The notes below the pieces were generated by a model that was not told the DNA's origin, did not search any database, and worked only from the letters and a program-made list of their open reading frames with translations. Below are positions 30,503 through 40,971 of a stretch of 64,000 nt of DNA, one piece after another; position 1 is the first letter of the stretch, and each line of letters starts with the position of its first letter. The stretch covers positions 218,456-282,455 of the forward strand of contig JBFWMA010000001.1 in the NCBI GenBank assembly GCA_050251875.1. The letters run 5' to 3'. The translations under genes and the position numbers were made by a program. The stretch is from Deferribacterales bacterium (GTDB lineage: Bacteria; Chrysiogenota; Deferribacteres; Deferribacterales; Geovibrionaceae).

Positions 30503-32485
30503 TTGAAAAAAATATTTTTCCATATCGGCTATCCTAAAACAGGAACCAGTTCTTTACAGTTTTTCTTAATTTTTAACAGACATTTGTTGAAAAATACCGA
30601 CGTATACTATGAAGTATACGGTTGTGAATCTTTTTTTGAAATGATTGAAAAAATCTATAGAGACGATCAAACAGTGTATCCGGAGTCAGGAATATTGCCC
30701 GATATCTATGAAAGCGATGTTGAGGAAAGTCCTGAAAGTCCCTTTCATAACTTTTTATGTTTTGTCGATTTCGAACTGGCATTAGAGTACATTAAAAAAG
30801 CTATATCAAATTTTGAGCGATCAGGATGCAGCGCCATGGTTTTCTGCAGTGAATTGTTTACGCTTAATTTCACTCCTTCACAGATCAAGCGTATACTGGA
30901 ACTGTTCAAAGGCTATGACTTTCGCGTAGTATGCTATATCCGTGAACCTTTTTCATTTATCAAATCATGCTTTTATCAGGAATATAAATGGCCTAATTAC
31001 CCTCGCAACGATATATACGATTTTTGTATAAGCCAGAAGCACTATTTGCTGGATATCGTTATGCTGTTTATGCAGAACTGGGTACATGTCGTTGGCAAGG
31101 AAAAGGTCAGCGCTAGATTCTTTAACAGGGATTTTCTGAAAAACGGAGATGTTGTCGCTGATTTTGCAGACATTGTCGGCTGTGATACTTCAGAACTTAA
31201 ACAGGTAAGGGAAGTAAACGTAAAAATGTTTTCAGGCGCTTTGCCTCTTTTTGAGGCTTTATATGCTCATTTCCCGGAATTAAGAGTTAAAACAGCTGAT
31301 GAGCTATTCAGAACCAGGCAATGTAGTATCACTATCCCTGTTTTGCAGGCGTCTCAGGCATATTACAGCGGAGATATGGCTGCATGTACAGCTTATCTTG
31401 ACGCTATCAAAGATAATATCATCTCCAGTCCTGTTATATCAAAGCATAAAGATGAGATGCTTGCCGCTCTGGACGAGGTCCGAAGTAATTTTCTTAATAG
31501 AACTGAAATTGATGTGTTCAAAGACGCAGGTTTCAGCAGGCAGGTTATCAGCTGCTACAAAGCTTCATGGGCGGAGTTGGCGGACAGATTCTTTGATCTG
31601 GATGCTTCTGCCGTGTTTATGAAAAAAGCTTATAAAATATTTAATGATGAGTATCTTAAATGCGTTTCTCCTCTGAAAGATATTGTTTCAGAATATGAAC
31701 TTGAGTATGATTTTTTTCAGTGGTGGTGTCTGCACGGAGATAAAGACTGGGATATCAAGGGTGATATAGCAGGATATCTGACCGATAAACTGCATAATAT
31801 AAACACACAAAGTCTTTTATGCCCTACAGAGTTAATGCTGTCATTGTGGGAAATAACACCGGATCTCAGGCAACAGTTTTCTGATCCTAAAGATAAAGAC
31901 TCCGTTGAATACTGGAAATGGTGGCTGTCAAATGCCGGAAACAAAGTCGGCATAATAAATCCTTTCCCTCTGTCGCTTGTTGATGGCAGTATGGATGCCG
32001 ACAGCCGCAATGAATTTCTGCAAGGTACTTCCATGCATCTTTCCGGTGGTGAAGATGTGTCGGTATGGTGGTCTTCAGCCGGGATAAAAAAATATTACTT
32101 GGATAATGTTTCTACCGTTGTGCTGTCCAAATTGCACAGGGTTTCACCTGACAACTTCAGCGGTCTGGAACTTACTGCTCTTATGCGGCTTTTTTATGAT
32201 TACGGTTGTCTGAACGGACGTTTTGGCAGTCTGGATACAGATGCCGCCGGTCTGGTAGAATTCTGGAAATACTGGATATCAGTCTCAAAGAACGAACTTG
32301 GAATGAAAGAATATTTTCCGTGTGATTTCATATTCGCAAAGAATACGGATATGCTTATGAGACATCTGATGTCACTGTTCTGGAACAACAGAAAAGATCT
32401 TCAGGACGCTATGCCGGAACCTGGTTTAAAATATAACGACCTGATATCATGGTGGCGCCACGAGTTCGAGTATATGACCCTCTGA
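30503..32485 (+). CDS. Sulfotransferase-like domain fused to Trp-rich helical repeats
   Basis: HIGYPKTGTSSLQ (5'-PSB-like loop), SE, YIREP....S (3'-PB-like); TTG start. Confidence 0.7.
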   Translation: MKKIFFHIGYPKTGTSSLQFFLIFNRHLLKNTDVYYEVYGCESFFEMIEKIYRDDQTVYPESGILPDIYESDVEESPESPFHNFLCFVDFELALEYIKKAISNFERSGCSAMVFCSELFTLNFTPSQIKRILELFKGYDFRVVCYIREPFSFIKSCFYQEYKWPNYPRNDIYDFCISQKHYLLDIVMLFMQNWVHVVGKEKVSARFFNRDFLKNGDVVADFADIVGCDTSELKQVREVNVKMFSGALPLFEALYAHFPELRVKTADELFRTRQCSITIPVLQASQAYYSGDMAACTAYLDAIKDNIISSPVISKHKDEMLAALDEVRSNFLNRTEIDVFKDAGFSRQVISCYKASWAELADRFFDLDASAVFMKKAYKIFNDEYLKCVSPLKDIVSEYELEYDFFQWWCLHGDKDWDIKGDIAGYLTDKLHNINTQSLLCPTELMLSLWEITPDLRQQFSDPKDKDSVEYWKWWLSNAGNKVGIINPFPLSLVDGSMDADSRNEFLQGTSMHLSGGEDVSVWWSSAGIKKYYLDNVSTVVLSKLHRVSPDNFSGLELTALMRLFYDYGCLNGRFGSLDTDAAGLVEFWKYWISVSKNELGMKEYFPCDFIFAKNTDMLMRHLMSLFWNNRKDLQDAMPEPGLKYNDLISWWRHEFEYMTL

Positions 32486-32492
32486 CGGTTTA

Positions 32493-33386
32493 TCAGCTGG
32501 ACAGCATCCAGCGGACAGTGTCTGATATTGGGAGTATATCTGTATCGCCAATGGCGGAGATGAGCTTGCTGTTGTCTCCAACTATCCGTCTGATGTCATT
32601 TTTGCGGACAAATTTAGGGTTGGTCTTCACATTAATTGTATAGCCGGAATATTGGTTGCAGTATTCAATTATCTCACTCAGTAATATGGCGTTACCGCTG
32701 CAAATGTTAAAAACATCAGAATGGGCCGACGATTCCATCAGTTTTCTGTATGCTGAAACAACGAATCTGACATCAGAAAAATCCCTTATTACGCTGACGT
32801 CACCTAGCTCGATAGTAGTTTTTTTAGCTCTGAAGTGGTCTATTATCTTGGGAATCACAAATTTTTTATCCTGTCCGGCGCCTGTGTAGTTGAATGGACG
32901 GGTGATAATGATTCGAAGCTGTCCGTAATAGGTTCTGGCCATATGCTCCATAGACAGCTTGCTGCATGCGTAGTGGCTGATTGGCAGCAGCGGCACGTTT
33001 TCATCGACAAAGTCATCTTCGGGACATCCGTAGACATTGGATGTACTTGGCAGTATGATCTTTTCAGGGTTAAGGTTATCCTCCATGCATGCGTCGAGTA
33101 CGTTTAGAGCGCCTATGGTGTTGACGCCGTACATGAGATCCTGGTGGGCTGAGGCCACAAAACTGATACCCGCAAGATGAATGATATAATCCGGTCTGAA
33201 TGTTCTGATTACTTTCAGCACATCAGAATAGTCGGTTATATCGCACCGAAGATAGTTGTCATCTTCTTTATATGTCAGGTCACAGCCGACTATGTCGTAT
33301 CCGTGCTGTTCGAGTTCGACGCTGAGGTGCTTACCGGTGAAGCTGTCGATACCTGTAATTAATACTTTTTTAGAATGAGAATCCAT
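32493..33386 (-). CDS. rmd: GDP-4-keto-6-deoxy-D-mannose reductase-like SDR (Rmd/Tld type)
   Basis: [38 protein letters not shown]; directly after gmd. Confidence 0.78.
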   Translation of the reverse strand: MDSHSKKVLITGIDSFTGKHLSVELEQHGYDIVGCDLTYKEDDNYLRCDITDYSDVLKVIRTFRPDYIIHLAGISFVASAHQDLMYGVNTIGALNVLDACMEDNLNPEKIILPSTSNVYGCPEDDFVDENVPLLPISHYACSKLSMEHMARTYYGQLRIIITRPFNYTGAGQDKKFVIPKIIDHFRAKKTTIELGDVSVIRDFSDVRFVVSAYRKLMESSAHSDVFNICSGNAILLSEIIEYCNQYSGYTINVKTNPKFVRKNDIRRIVGDNSKLISAIGDTDILPISDTVRWMLSS

Positions 33387-34404
33387 TTGAGTTTCTCCTG
33401 ATATCAGCTTCCACCATCATAGCGCATAAATCTTCGAGGGTCGTAGTAGGTATCCATCCAAGTTTTTCTTTTGCTTTTAGCGGGTTACCTATCAGTATAT
33501 CCACTTCGGCCGGGCGATAGTATTTTGAGTTGACTCTGACAAGCAGTTTACCTGTTTTTTTGTCTGTTCCTGTTTCGTTTTCGTTGCTGCCCTGCCAAAC
33601 TATATCTCTGTTCACCGCTTTGAATGCCATAGAGACAAAGTTTCTCACTGTTTCGGTCCTGTTTGTGGCCAGCACATAAGTATCAGGCTCTTTTGCCTGA
33701 AGCATCAGGTACATACCTTCGACATATTCCCTTGCGTAGCCCCAATCTCTTTTGGCGTTCAGGTTGCCGAGTTCCAGAACATCCAGTTTGTCCTGCTCTA
33801 TCTTTGCCACTGAGTCAGTGATCTTTCTAGTGACGAATTCACGTCCCCTCAGAGGCGATTCATGGTTAAACAGTATGCCGCTGGCTCCAAAGATATCATA
33901 AGATTCGCGATAGTTGATAGTCATCCAATGGGCAAAAAGCTTCGCAACTCCATATGGGCTTCTTGGGTAGAAGGGTGTTTTTTCTGTCTGTGGAATTTCC
34001 TGTACCTTGCCGAACATTTCAGACGTGGATGCCTGATAGAATTTAATTTTCGTATTTATTATACGGATAGCTTCCAGAAGGTTCAGAACTCCCTTGCCTG
34101 TGATATCCGCGGTGGCCATTGGCTGTTCAAACGATACGCCCACAAAGCTCTGGGCGGCGAGGTTATATACTTCGTCAGGTTCTGTCTGTTCCATGAGTCT
34201 CACACTGTTGGAGAGGTCTGTCAGATCATATTCCAGCAGTGTCAGGTTAGGATGATTTATAAGCCCTAATTCTTCGATACGCCAGAAATTGACAGAAGCG
34301 TTTCTTCTGAATGTTCCGTAAACTTTATAGCCTTTATTCAGAAGCAGTTCTGCAAGATATGCGCCGTCCTGCCCTGTGATCCCTGTAATTACTGCTTTTT
34401 TCAT
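33370..34404 (-). CDS. gmd: GDP-mannose 4,6-dehydratase
   Basis: [36 protein letters not shown]. Confidence 0.98.
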   Translation of the reverse strand: MKKAVITGITGQDGAYLAELLLNKGYKVYGTFRRNASVNFWRIEELGLINHPNLTLLEYDLTDLSNSVRLMEQTEPDEVYNLAAQSFVGVSFEQPMATADITGKGVLNLLEAIRIINTKIKFYQASTSEMFGKVQEIPQTEKTPFYPRSPYGVAKLFAHWMTINYRESYDIFGASGILFNHESPLRGREFVTRKITDSVAKIEQDKLDVLELGNLNAKRDWGYAREYVEGMYLMLQAKEPDTYVLATNRTETVRNFVSMAFKAVNRDIVWQGSNENETGTDKKTGKLLVRVNSKYYRPAEVDILIGNPLKAKEKLGWIPTTTLEDLCAMMVEADIRRNSNGFSF

Positions 34405-34538
34405 TTTTATTTTTCCTGCTGTTTTTAAGGTGTCGGTTAATGCATTTATGTTTATACATCACACTTCATTTTTATTTATTAGTATGATACATCTGAAAAA
34501 TCTTAACATAGAGAAGTTGATAATGATATAAAAATTGT

Positions 34539-35585
34539 TCAGGCACTGAACAGGGCGTAAAATTTTTCTGCGCTGAACCTGATATGATAATTTTGCATTA
34601 TATCATTAAACGCGTTCTTTCTTATTTTCTGTCTGAGGGAGAAATCCGATATCATCAGGTCGAGCGCCCTGTTCCATCCCTCTTTTGTATTGTCCGTTTT
34701 CAGTCCTGTTTTTCCGTCGATAACGCAGTCTTTGTATATTTCCGCGTTCGAGTATATGCCTGGGACCCCGGCGGCGCCGTAGTTCAGATATTTGAAGGGG
34801 TTTTTACAGCTGTTGAAAAAGGAGCAGTCGCTGTCCTCTTCCCCGCCCAGAGGCGTTATGGCGCAGACATAGTTGCCTTTAAAAAGAGCTCTCATATATG
34901 TGTAATAGGGTATTCTGTTGGTGTAGTGCATAAAAGAGAGACTGGTCATCTCAGGGAATGGATCGCCGTAGAAAATCAGGCGAAAATCCTTATGCTTGTA
35001 AAAAAATTCCTGAAATACGTTTAGTATGGTGTTCTTACTCTTTCTTATCTTAAGAAAATCAGCGTTGGTGAAGACAATTTTAGGCGGCTCTGATTCCTTA
35101 TAGTTATCGAAGTCTACGTCGTCTATATATTTTTCGACATACATGCCGTTAGGTACCAGACATGCGTTATCGCAGAATTTTCCGTTTATGTTGTCCATAA
35201 GGACTTTGTTGGCTACGGTAACATTATTTGCGGCGGCAACCAGTTTTTTGATATTTTCCAGTTTGCTGCTTTGTGATTTTCCGCCGCTGTAATCCGGGAA
35301 TGAAAATATCCAGTCATCAATGTCGTAGATTGATCGTATATTCCTCTTACGAGCTTCCAGCATGATATCCAGAGCCAGCTTGGAACTGTGCTTGCTGAAA
35401 AAGATAACGTCGCACCAGTCAAGTGCTTTGTAAACCAGCGGGTCGTGTTCAGAGAATACGCAGAATTCTATAAGTCCCCTGTCTTTCAGATAGTCCAGAG
35501 CGTCAGTGATTCTCGTGTCAACTGACAGGGAAAAAACACCTCTGGCCACAAGTGATTCTCTGTTGATAACCAATATTTTTTTCAA
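34539..35585 (-). CDS. Putative GT-B glycosyltransferase
   Basis: YDIDD motif and FNSCKNPFKYLNYGAAGVPGIYS; TTG start. Confidence 0.75.
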   Translation of the reverse strand: MKKILVINRESLVARGVFSLSVDTRITDALDYLKDRGLIEFCVFSEHDPLVYKALDWCDVIFFSKHSSKLALDIMLEARKRNIRSIYDIDDWIFSFPDYSGGKSQSSKLENIKKLVAAANNVTVANKVLMDNINGKFCDNACLVPNGMYVEKYIDDVDFDNYKESEPPKIVFTNADFLKIRKSKNTILNVFQEFFYKHKDFRLIFYGDPFPEMTSLSFMHYTNRIPYYTYMRALFKGNYVCAITPLGGEEDSDCSFFNSCKNPFKYLNYGAAGVPGIYSNAEIYKDCVIDGKTGLKTDNTKEGWNRALDLMISDFSLRQKIRKNAFNDIMQNYHIRFSAEKFYALFSA

Positions 35586-36214
35586 GGATTTACATCCGCC
35601 TGAATAGCGTTTTTAAGTACGTCAGTGGAACAGAGTGAGAAAGTGAGCAGTTTCGCGTTGCTTTTTATGTTATCAGGAATACTTACGCTCGTCAGTGAAA
35701 CGTGCAGCGGTTTGAAAAAAGGGAACCTGTCCATCTCTATGCCGAAGAGATGCTGCAGTATACATGTTATGGGGCCGGAATGTGTGACAAGCATTATCGA
35801 GGCGTTCTTGTGAGATGTTTTAAGCATATCATCCAGCCAGTTTATGACTCTCTGATTCAGTTCTATATGAGATTCCCCATCAGGATATCTGTTGCTGGGG
35901 TTAAGGTAGAATCCCTCATACTGCGCGAGAAAATCATCCAATATCATTTCAGACGCTTTCCCGCCGTTGGTCTCACCTATCCTGGGATCAATTTCCCAGC
36001 TTATTTCCGGCCATAATATTTGTGATGTTCTCTGAGCTCTTTTCCAGTGGCTGGTTATATACCTGTCTATCTTCAGCTGCGCATTGTCAAACCATATTTT
36101 CATGGACTCGGCCTGGCGGATGCCTTCGTCGCATAAAGTATCAGACGTTGTTCCTGTCACGAATCTGTTTTGATTTGCTATCGACTTTCCATGTCTGACT
36201 ATATACAGTATCAT
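35582..36214 (-). CDS. Histidine phosphatase family protein
   Basis: VRHGKS.AN, RA.RT, GES, VTHSG. Confidence 0.92.
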   Translation of the reverse strand: MILYIVRHGKSIANQNRFVTGTTSDTLCDEGIRQAESMKIWFDNAQLKIDRYITSHWKRAQRTSQILWPEISWEIDPRIGETNGGKASEMILDDFLAQYEGFYLNPSNRYPDGESHIELNQRVINWLDDMLKTSHKNASIMLVTHSGPITCILQHLFGIEMDRFPFFKPLHVSLTSVSIPDNIKSNAKLLTFSLCSTDVLKNAIQADVNP

Positions 36215-37215
36215 CTGCCGGCCTTCTGTTCAAAATTAGCCAGAAAAACTTTATTAATTATAACTATAAGGTTATTTATAGAGTTTTTTATCAGGTGTTT
36301 AGTAAGGTGCTGCCTGACCGCTTCTCTGTCTGTTTCTGCGGACATCGCTTTTTTTATTCCGGCAATTATACTGTCGATAGAGAGAGGGTTAACCTTTATG
36401 CAGTGTTCGCCAAAAATCTCATCTGTCCATTCCGAATCAGAAAGAACAAGCCTGCATCCTGACAGACCGGCCTCTATGGCGGATATGCCGGGCGGTTCAA
36501 GAGATACTTCTATATACACCGCACACTGCTGAAGGGCAGACCGCATGATATCTGAGTGATAAGGAAGACTGTCGATGAACGTACAGTTCTTGTCGCACAT
36601 GTCCATACACTGCTGAAAATATTCCTTGTCTCTGAATTTGCCGACGTTTACAAGATGCAGTCCAAGCTCTTTGCATGCGACTACGGATGACATCTGGTTT
36701 TTCAGAGGTTCTGCTATGCCTAAGGACAGAGCGTATTTATCCAGTTTGAATATGGACTTGAAAATGTCGGCCGGCGCAGGATTGATGATTTCGTCATTTA
36801 CGCTGTAGTTTGTTATTACAAATTTATCAGGATTGTCGTCTATGCCGAAAGACGACAGAAAATGATTTTTAAGATAATGAGATTTGAATATCACCATATC
36901 CGCGATATCTGTAAACCGATGGCAGTCTGCTATCTGCTGCTGATCCAGTTCCGAGTTTTTAAAAAAATTGGGAAACAGAATTATCGGTTTTTTTTTGGAT
37001 TTAATGTATTCAAGCAGTCTCAGACCGCCTCCGTGTATGGAGAAATGCATGACAATGTCGTAATTATCAAGATTAAGAGAGTACGGGCTGTAAATATCAG
37101 CAACATAACCGACTTTTTTCAGGTTTGTGGCTATCTGATGTATTTCAAACTCGCCTCCGCCCTTATATAAAAAGGCTTCATGATATGTAGTTAAAAGTAT
37201 TCTGGGGGAGATCAT
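36211..37215 (-). CDS. GT4 glycosyltransferase
   Basis: GGGEFE, EPLKNQ, EPPGISAIEA; resembles 22119-23105. Confidence 0.85.
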   Translation of the reverse strand: MISPRILLTTYHEAFLYKGGGEFEIHQIATNLKKVGYVADIYSPYSLNLDNYDIVMHFSIHGGGLRLLEYIKSKKKPIILFPNFFKNSELDQQQIADCHRFTDIADMVIFKSHYLKNHFLSSFGIDDNPDKFVITNYSVNDEIINPAPADIFKSIFKLDKYALSLGIAEPLKNQMSSVVACKELGLHLVNVGKFRDKEYFQQCMDMCDKNCTFIDSLPYHSDIMRSALQQCAVYIEVSLEPPGISAIEAGLSGCRLVLSDSEWTDEIFGEHCIKVNPLSIDSIIAGIKKAMSAETDREAVRQHLTKHLIKNSINNLIVIINKVFLANFEQKAGR

Positions 37216-37275
37216 TTCATTCCCTGTGTTTCAGCATTTTTGTTTCGGTGAAGTATATCAGGCATTCAGTCAGCT

Positions 37276-38145
37276 TTAAACTATGTAGCCTTTTAATACA
37301 AGATATTCTTTTAAAGCATCCTGCCAATGCGGCATAGGATATATCTTGGATATCTTTTTATTATCCAGCACGCTGTATTTAGGCCTTTTTGCTTTTGTTT
37401 TGTATTCGGCAAATGTGGTCTCCGAAAGATCAGCCTTGATGCCCGCATAGTCGAATATTGTTTTTGTAAACTCGTACCAGCTGCATGATCCGCTGTTACA
37501 GCAGTTATATATGCCGTAATCTGTCTGTTTTGAGGATATCATGGCTTCTATAGCTCTCGCTATATCCAGAGTATGTGTGGGAGCCATCATCTGATCGGCT
37601 ATCACCTTCAGAGGAGTGCCGTTCTTTGCCAGCTTGATCATGGTCTCAACAAAGTTGCCGCCTTTTCCGCTTGCTCCTGCCTCACCAAAGAGTGATGAGA
37701 CCCTGAGTATGAAATATTTTTGACAGTGTGCCTGCACGGCCATCTCGCCGGATATTTTTGATATGCCGTACATAGAGAGTCCCTGAGGTCTGTCTGTTTC
37801 AGAATAAGGGGAATTCTTTGTTCCGTCAAAAACATAGTCTGTGCTGATGTGAAAAAGGGTTATCCCATTGGCCGCGCAGTATTTTGATAATTCATACACA
37901 AAAGCGCCGTTGATATGAAATGTCTTATCAGCAAAATCTTCACATTCGTCGGTTTTGTGATATGAGATGCAGTTGATCACATAGTCAGCACCCTGGAGAA
38001 TGCCTAATTTTTCAATAAAATCAGATTTTTCAGCCTCTATATCTTCTCTGGTTAAAAAGCGGCATTGTAAGCCGCTCTTAGTCAGAGTTTTTTTCAGGTC
38101 TGATCCTAACTGGCCGTTAGAACCTAATACAGCAACATTCAGCAT
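37276..38145 (-). CDS. rmlD: dTDP-4-dehydrorhamnose reductase
   Basis: GSNGQLG, ISTDYVFDG, YGISK..GE, DQ...PT. Confidence 0.93.
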   Translation of the reverse strand: MLNVAVLGSNGQLGSDLKKTLTKSGLQCRFLTREDIEAEKSDFIEKLGILQGADYVINCISYHKTDECEDFADKTFHINGAFVYELSKYCAANGITLFHISTDYVFDGTKNSPYSETDRPQGLSMYGISKISGEMAVQAHCQKYFILRVSSLFGEAGASGKGGNFVETMIKLAKNGTPLKVIADQMMAPTHTLDIARAIEAMISSKQTDYGIYNCCNSGSCSWYEFTKTIFDYAGIKADLSETTFAEYKTKAKRPKYSVLDNKKISKIYPMPHWQDALKEYLVLKGYIV

Positions 38146-38163
38146 ATTTCACCTTATTTCACC

Positions 38164-39201
38164 TTATTCTATATCAAGAATACCGCCGTATTTCTCGACT
38201 TCTTTTATTATTTTGTGCCATTCAACAAGTTTTTTGTACCAGTCAAGAGTTATGGTTTTTTCATCTTTCACCAGTTCTCCCGATTCCAGTTTATCCACTA
38301 TGTCGGCAGCGCCCTTTTCGGCGTTCCATTTGGCTTTCCAGCCGAGAGTTTTTTCCACTTTATCGAAGTTAACGTTGTAGCTTCTGTGGTCAGGGTCACC
38401 GTACCATTCAATTTCGACTTTCTGACCGAGTTTGTCGCCCACTGTTTTTGCTACTTTCTCACCGAGCGGCCCTATCTGATAGTTATTTTCAGCGCTTCCT
38501 ACGTTAAAAAGCTGTCCGTTTATCAGTTTTGTATCAGCCTCAAGGAGCAGACACATCACATCTGTTGTGTCCTGTACATGTACCATAGGTCTGTATTGTG
38601 AGCCGTCTCTCATCAGAGGCAGCTTTTTGGTGCTCCATGCGCCGTATGTCATGCCGTTGATGGCGAGGTCGAATCTCATTCTGGGGCTGTAGCCGAATAC
38701 TGTCGCCTGTCTGATCACTGTGACGCAATAGCTGTCGTCAGCGAGGGGCAGAACGTCATTTTCCGCTCTTTCGTTTGCTTTAGCGTAGGTGGTCAGGGGG
38801 TTGGTTTTGCAGGTTTCGTCAACCTGTCCGTCCTGAAAACCGTATATACTGCAGCTGGATGGCAGGAGGTATCTTTTTACGCCGTTCTTTTTGCCGAGTT
38901 TGGCTGTTCTGGCGCGGCTTTCATGGTTTATCTGTTCTGTAGCCTTCTGGAAAATCTCGCCGCTTGGGTCGTTTGATATAGCCACCAGATCTATGATAAA
39001 ATCTACGTCTTTAAATACATCATCACTTAAATGTCTGGAGTCTTCATGTATTTTAATAAGCTTGCTGTTGTCGTTCAGTTTGTTTTCGCCAAAGAAAAAG
39101 CGGTCAACCGCCTTGACCCTGTAGCCTTGTCCGAGAAGTTTTGGAACAAGTATGCTGCCTATATAGCCTCCGGCTCCTGTAACAAGAACTGTTTTCATCA
39201 T
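38164..39201 (-). CDS. NAD-dependent epimerase/dehydratase family SDR (not RmlB-type)
   Basis: TGAGGYIG, AISNDP, SSCSIYG, RMRFDL; YAKAN in place of YxxxK; no TDE motif. Confidence 0.85.
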   Translation of the reverse strand: MMKTVLVTGAGGYIGSILVPKLLGQGYRVKAVDRFFFGENKLNDNSKLIKIHEDSRHLSDDVFKDVDFIIDLVAISNDPSGEIFQKATEQINHESRARTAKLGKKNGVKRYLLPSSCSIYGFQDGQVDETCKTNPLTTYAKANERAENDVLPLADDSYCVTVIRQATVFGYSPRMRFDLAINGMTYGAWSTKKLPLMRDGSQYRPMVHVQDTTDVMCLLLEADTKLINGQLFNVGSAENNYQIGPLGEKVAKTVGDKLGQKVEIEWYGDPDHRSYNVNFDKVEKTLGWKAKWNAEKGAADIVDKLESGELVKDEKTITLDWYKKLVEWHKIIKEVEKYGGILDIE

Positions 39202-39758
39202 TAACCCTCATAAACAAAATTATTATCTGCGTCTGCAAGCAGAGGAGAGTTCGCGTCTTTATCAGACAGCACCGGAGTGTCAGTGGGCCACTCTATGCCC
39301 AGAGCCGGGTCATTCCACCTGATTCCTCTGTCACATTCGGGGGAGTAAAAAGCATCGACTTTATACATTATCTCAGTATCTGGAACGAGTGTAAGAACGC
39401 CATGAGCAAATCCTTTGGGCACTATGATCTGACGTTTGTTTTCAGCAGTAAGGATAACGGAAACATGCTGGCCGTATGTGGGGCTGCCCTTTCTTATATC
39501 AACAACAACGTCAAGTATGGCGCCTGCCAGAACTCTGACTATTTTGGTCTGTGCGTCAGGGTTTTTCTGGTAATGGAGTCCTCTCATGGTAAATGCCTGA
39601 GCGCTGAGAGAATGGTTGTCCTGAATAAGTTCGTATTTCAGGCCGAGAGATTCCATGGTTTTTTTAGAATAGCTCTCCATAAAAAAACCTCTGTGATCTC
39701 CGAATACTTTCGGTTCCAGAAGTACGACATCAGGGATTTTGGTTTTTATTATTTTCAT
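39201..39758 (-). CDS. rmlC: dTDP-4-dehydrorhamnose 3,5-epimerase
   Basis: DHRGFFME, QDNHS, RGLHYQ, DIRKGSPTYG, PKGFAHG. Confidence 0.96.
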   Translation of the reverse strand: MKIIKTKIPDVVLLEPKVFGDHRGFFMESYSKKTMESLGLKYELIQDNHSLSAQAFTMRGLHYQKNPDAQTKIVRVLAGAILDVVVDIRKGSPTYGQHVSVILTAENKRQIIVPKGFAHGVLTLVPDTEIMYKVDAFYSPECDRGIRWNDPALGIEWPTDTPVLSDKDANSPLLADADNNFVYEG

Positions 39759-40971
39759 TTTTTACTCCAAGAATGTAATTGTCTATAACCCATTCTGCGA
39801 ACGGGAAACTGCTGGTAAACGCAGGTGAGACGGCATTAAGTACATGAGTGCTGTTCTGATCTCCTTCGACGACAAAATCCTGACAAAGTTCAAGGTTGTC
39901 AACGTTAAGAAGCTGGGCTCTTATGCCGGGTCGGCTCCATTGATTGAATCCTGCTTTGTTGATTTCGTTAATCATTTTCAGCGCCAGACCTACGAAATAT
40001 TCTTTATTATACTTTCTCATCTCTTCAAAAGCCAGAGAACGGAAGCCGAACGCGTTGCTGAAAAAAAGTTTTGCTTCGTAGAAAAGAATGTTCATCAGTT
40101 CTGACATTCTAAAGTTTGATATGCCTTCGTAGTTTTCGCGCCAGAAAGCGGGTATCGCCGTCGGGCCTATCTTGACCGTATTATCCACGGTAACCGTGTA
40201 GTGTACCCCAAGGAAAGGGTTCTTCAGATTAGGGACAGGGTATATGTTGGTTTTTATCGGCTGGTCTGAGCCTGTGTATTTCAGATAGATTCCCTTAAAC
40301 GGAATGATAGTATATTTTTCTGAAAATCCGAACTGTTTCGCGATCTTATCAGCATAGAGTCCGGCGGTATTGATTATTTTTCCGCATTCATAGATGTTTC
40401 CGGCTGTTGAAACAACACTGTTGCCGTTTAATTTGTTGCGGAAACCCTCGCTGAATCTGAACTCTACGCCGAGAGATTCCAGTTCTTGTTTTATAAATGA
40501 GCTTATTTCCGATGGATCTATTGTTGATGTTGTCGGCGAGAAGAGCGCCTTTTGCACTGTTTTAGCATTTGGCTCAATCTCTCTGAGTTCTTTCTCGTCT
40601 ATGATTGTAACGTCCACTCCGTTTGCTTTGCCTCTGGAGTAGAGAGTATCTATGCCCGCTATCTCGCTTTCGTCTGAGGCGACTACAACTTTTTTACATC
40701 TGTTGATCTTCAGATTGTTTTGAAGGCAGTACTCTGTCAGTCTGCGGTTGCCTTCTCTTGTGAACTGAGCCTTCAGAGAGTTTGCTGTGTAGTAAAAACC
40801 TGCGTGCAGTACGCCGCTGTTTCTACCGCTGCTGTGCAGAGCTTCTTTGGGTTCTTTTTCAATGATTACAATTTTGGCGTCAGGTTTTCTGTTTTTTAAT
40901 TCTTTTGCTATGGCCAGACCAATAATGCCTGCCCCTATCACAAGATAGTCACATTTAAAAGTGTTGTTCAT
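39730..40971 (-). CDS. lhgO: LhgO-family FAD-dependent oxidoreductase
   Basis: GAGIIG, HSSGRNSGVLHAG.YY, IYPVP...PFLGVH, GIRAQ, NAVSPA.TSS; the actual substrate here is uncertain. Confidence 0.82.
   Translation of the reverse strand: MNNTFKCDYLVIGAGIIGLAIAKELKNRKPDAKIVIIEKEPKEALHSSGRNSGVLHAGFYYTANSLKAQFTREGNRRLTEYCLQNNLKINRCKKVVVASDESEIAGIDTLYSRGKANGVDVTIIDEKELREIEPNAKTVQKALFSPTTSTIDPSEISSFIKQELESLGVEFRFSEGFRNKLNGNSVVSTAGNIYECGKIINTAGLYADKIAKQFGFSEKYTIIPFKGIYLKYTGSDQPIKTNIYPVPNLKNPFLGVHYTVTVDNTVKIGPTAIPAFWRENYEGISNFRMSELMNILFYEAKLFFSNAFGFRSLAFEEMRKYNKEYFVGLALKMINEINKAGFNQWSRPGIRAQLLNVDNLELCQDFVVEGDQNSTHVLNAVSPAFTSSFPFAEWVIDNYILGVKNENNKNQNP

Noticed and set aside
38164..39201. Calling this SDR rmlB because of its position
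   Set aside because: It lacks the RmlB signatures (HVDRS, STDEVYG, YSASK).
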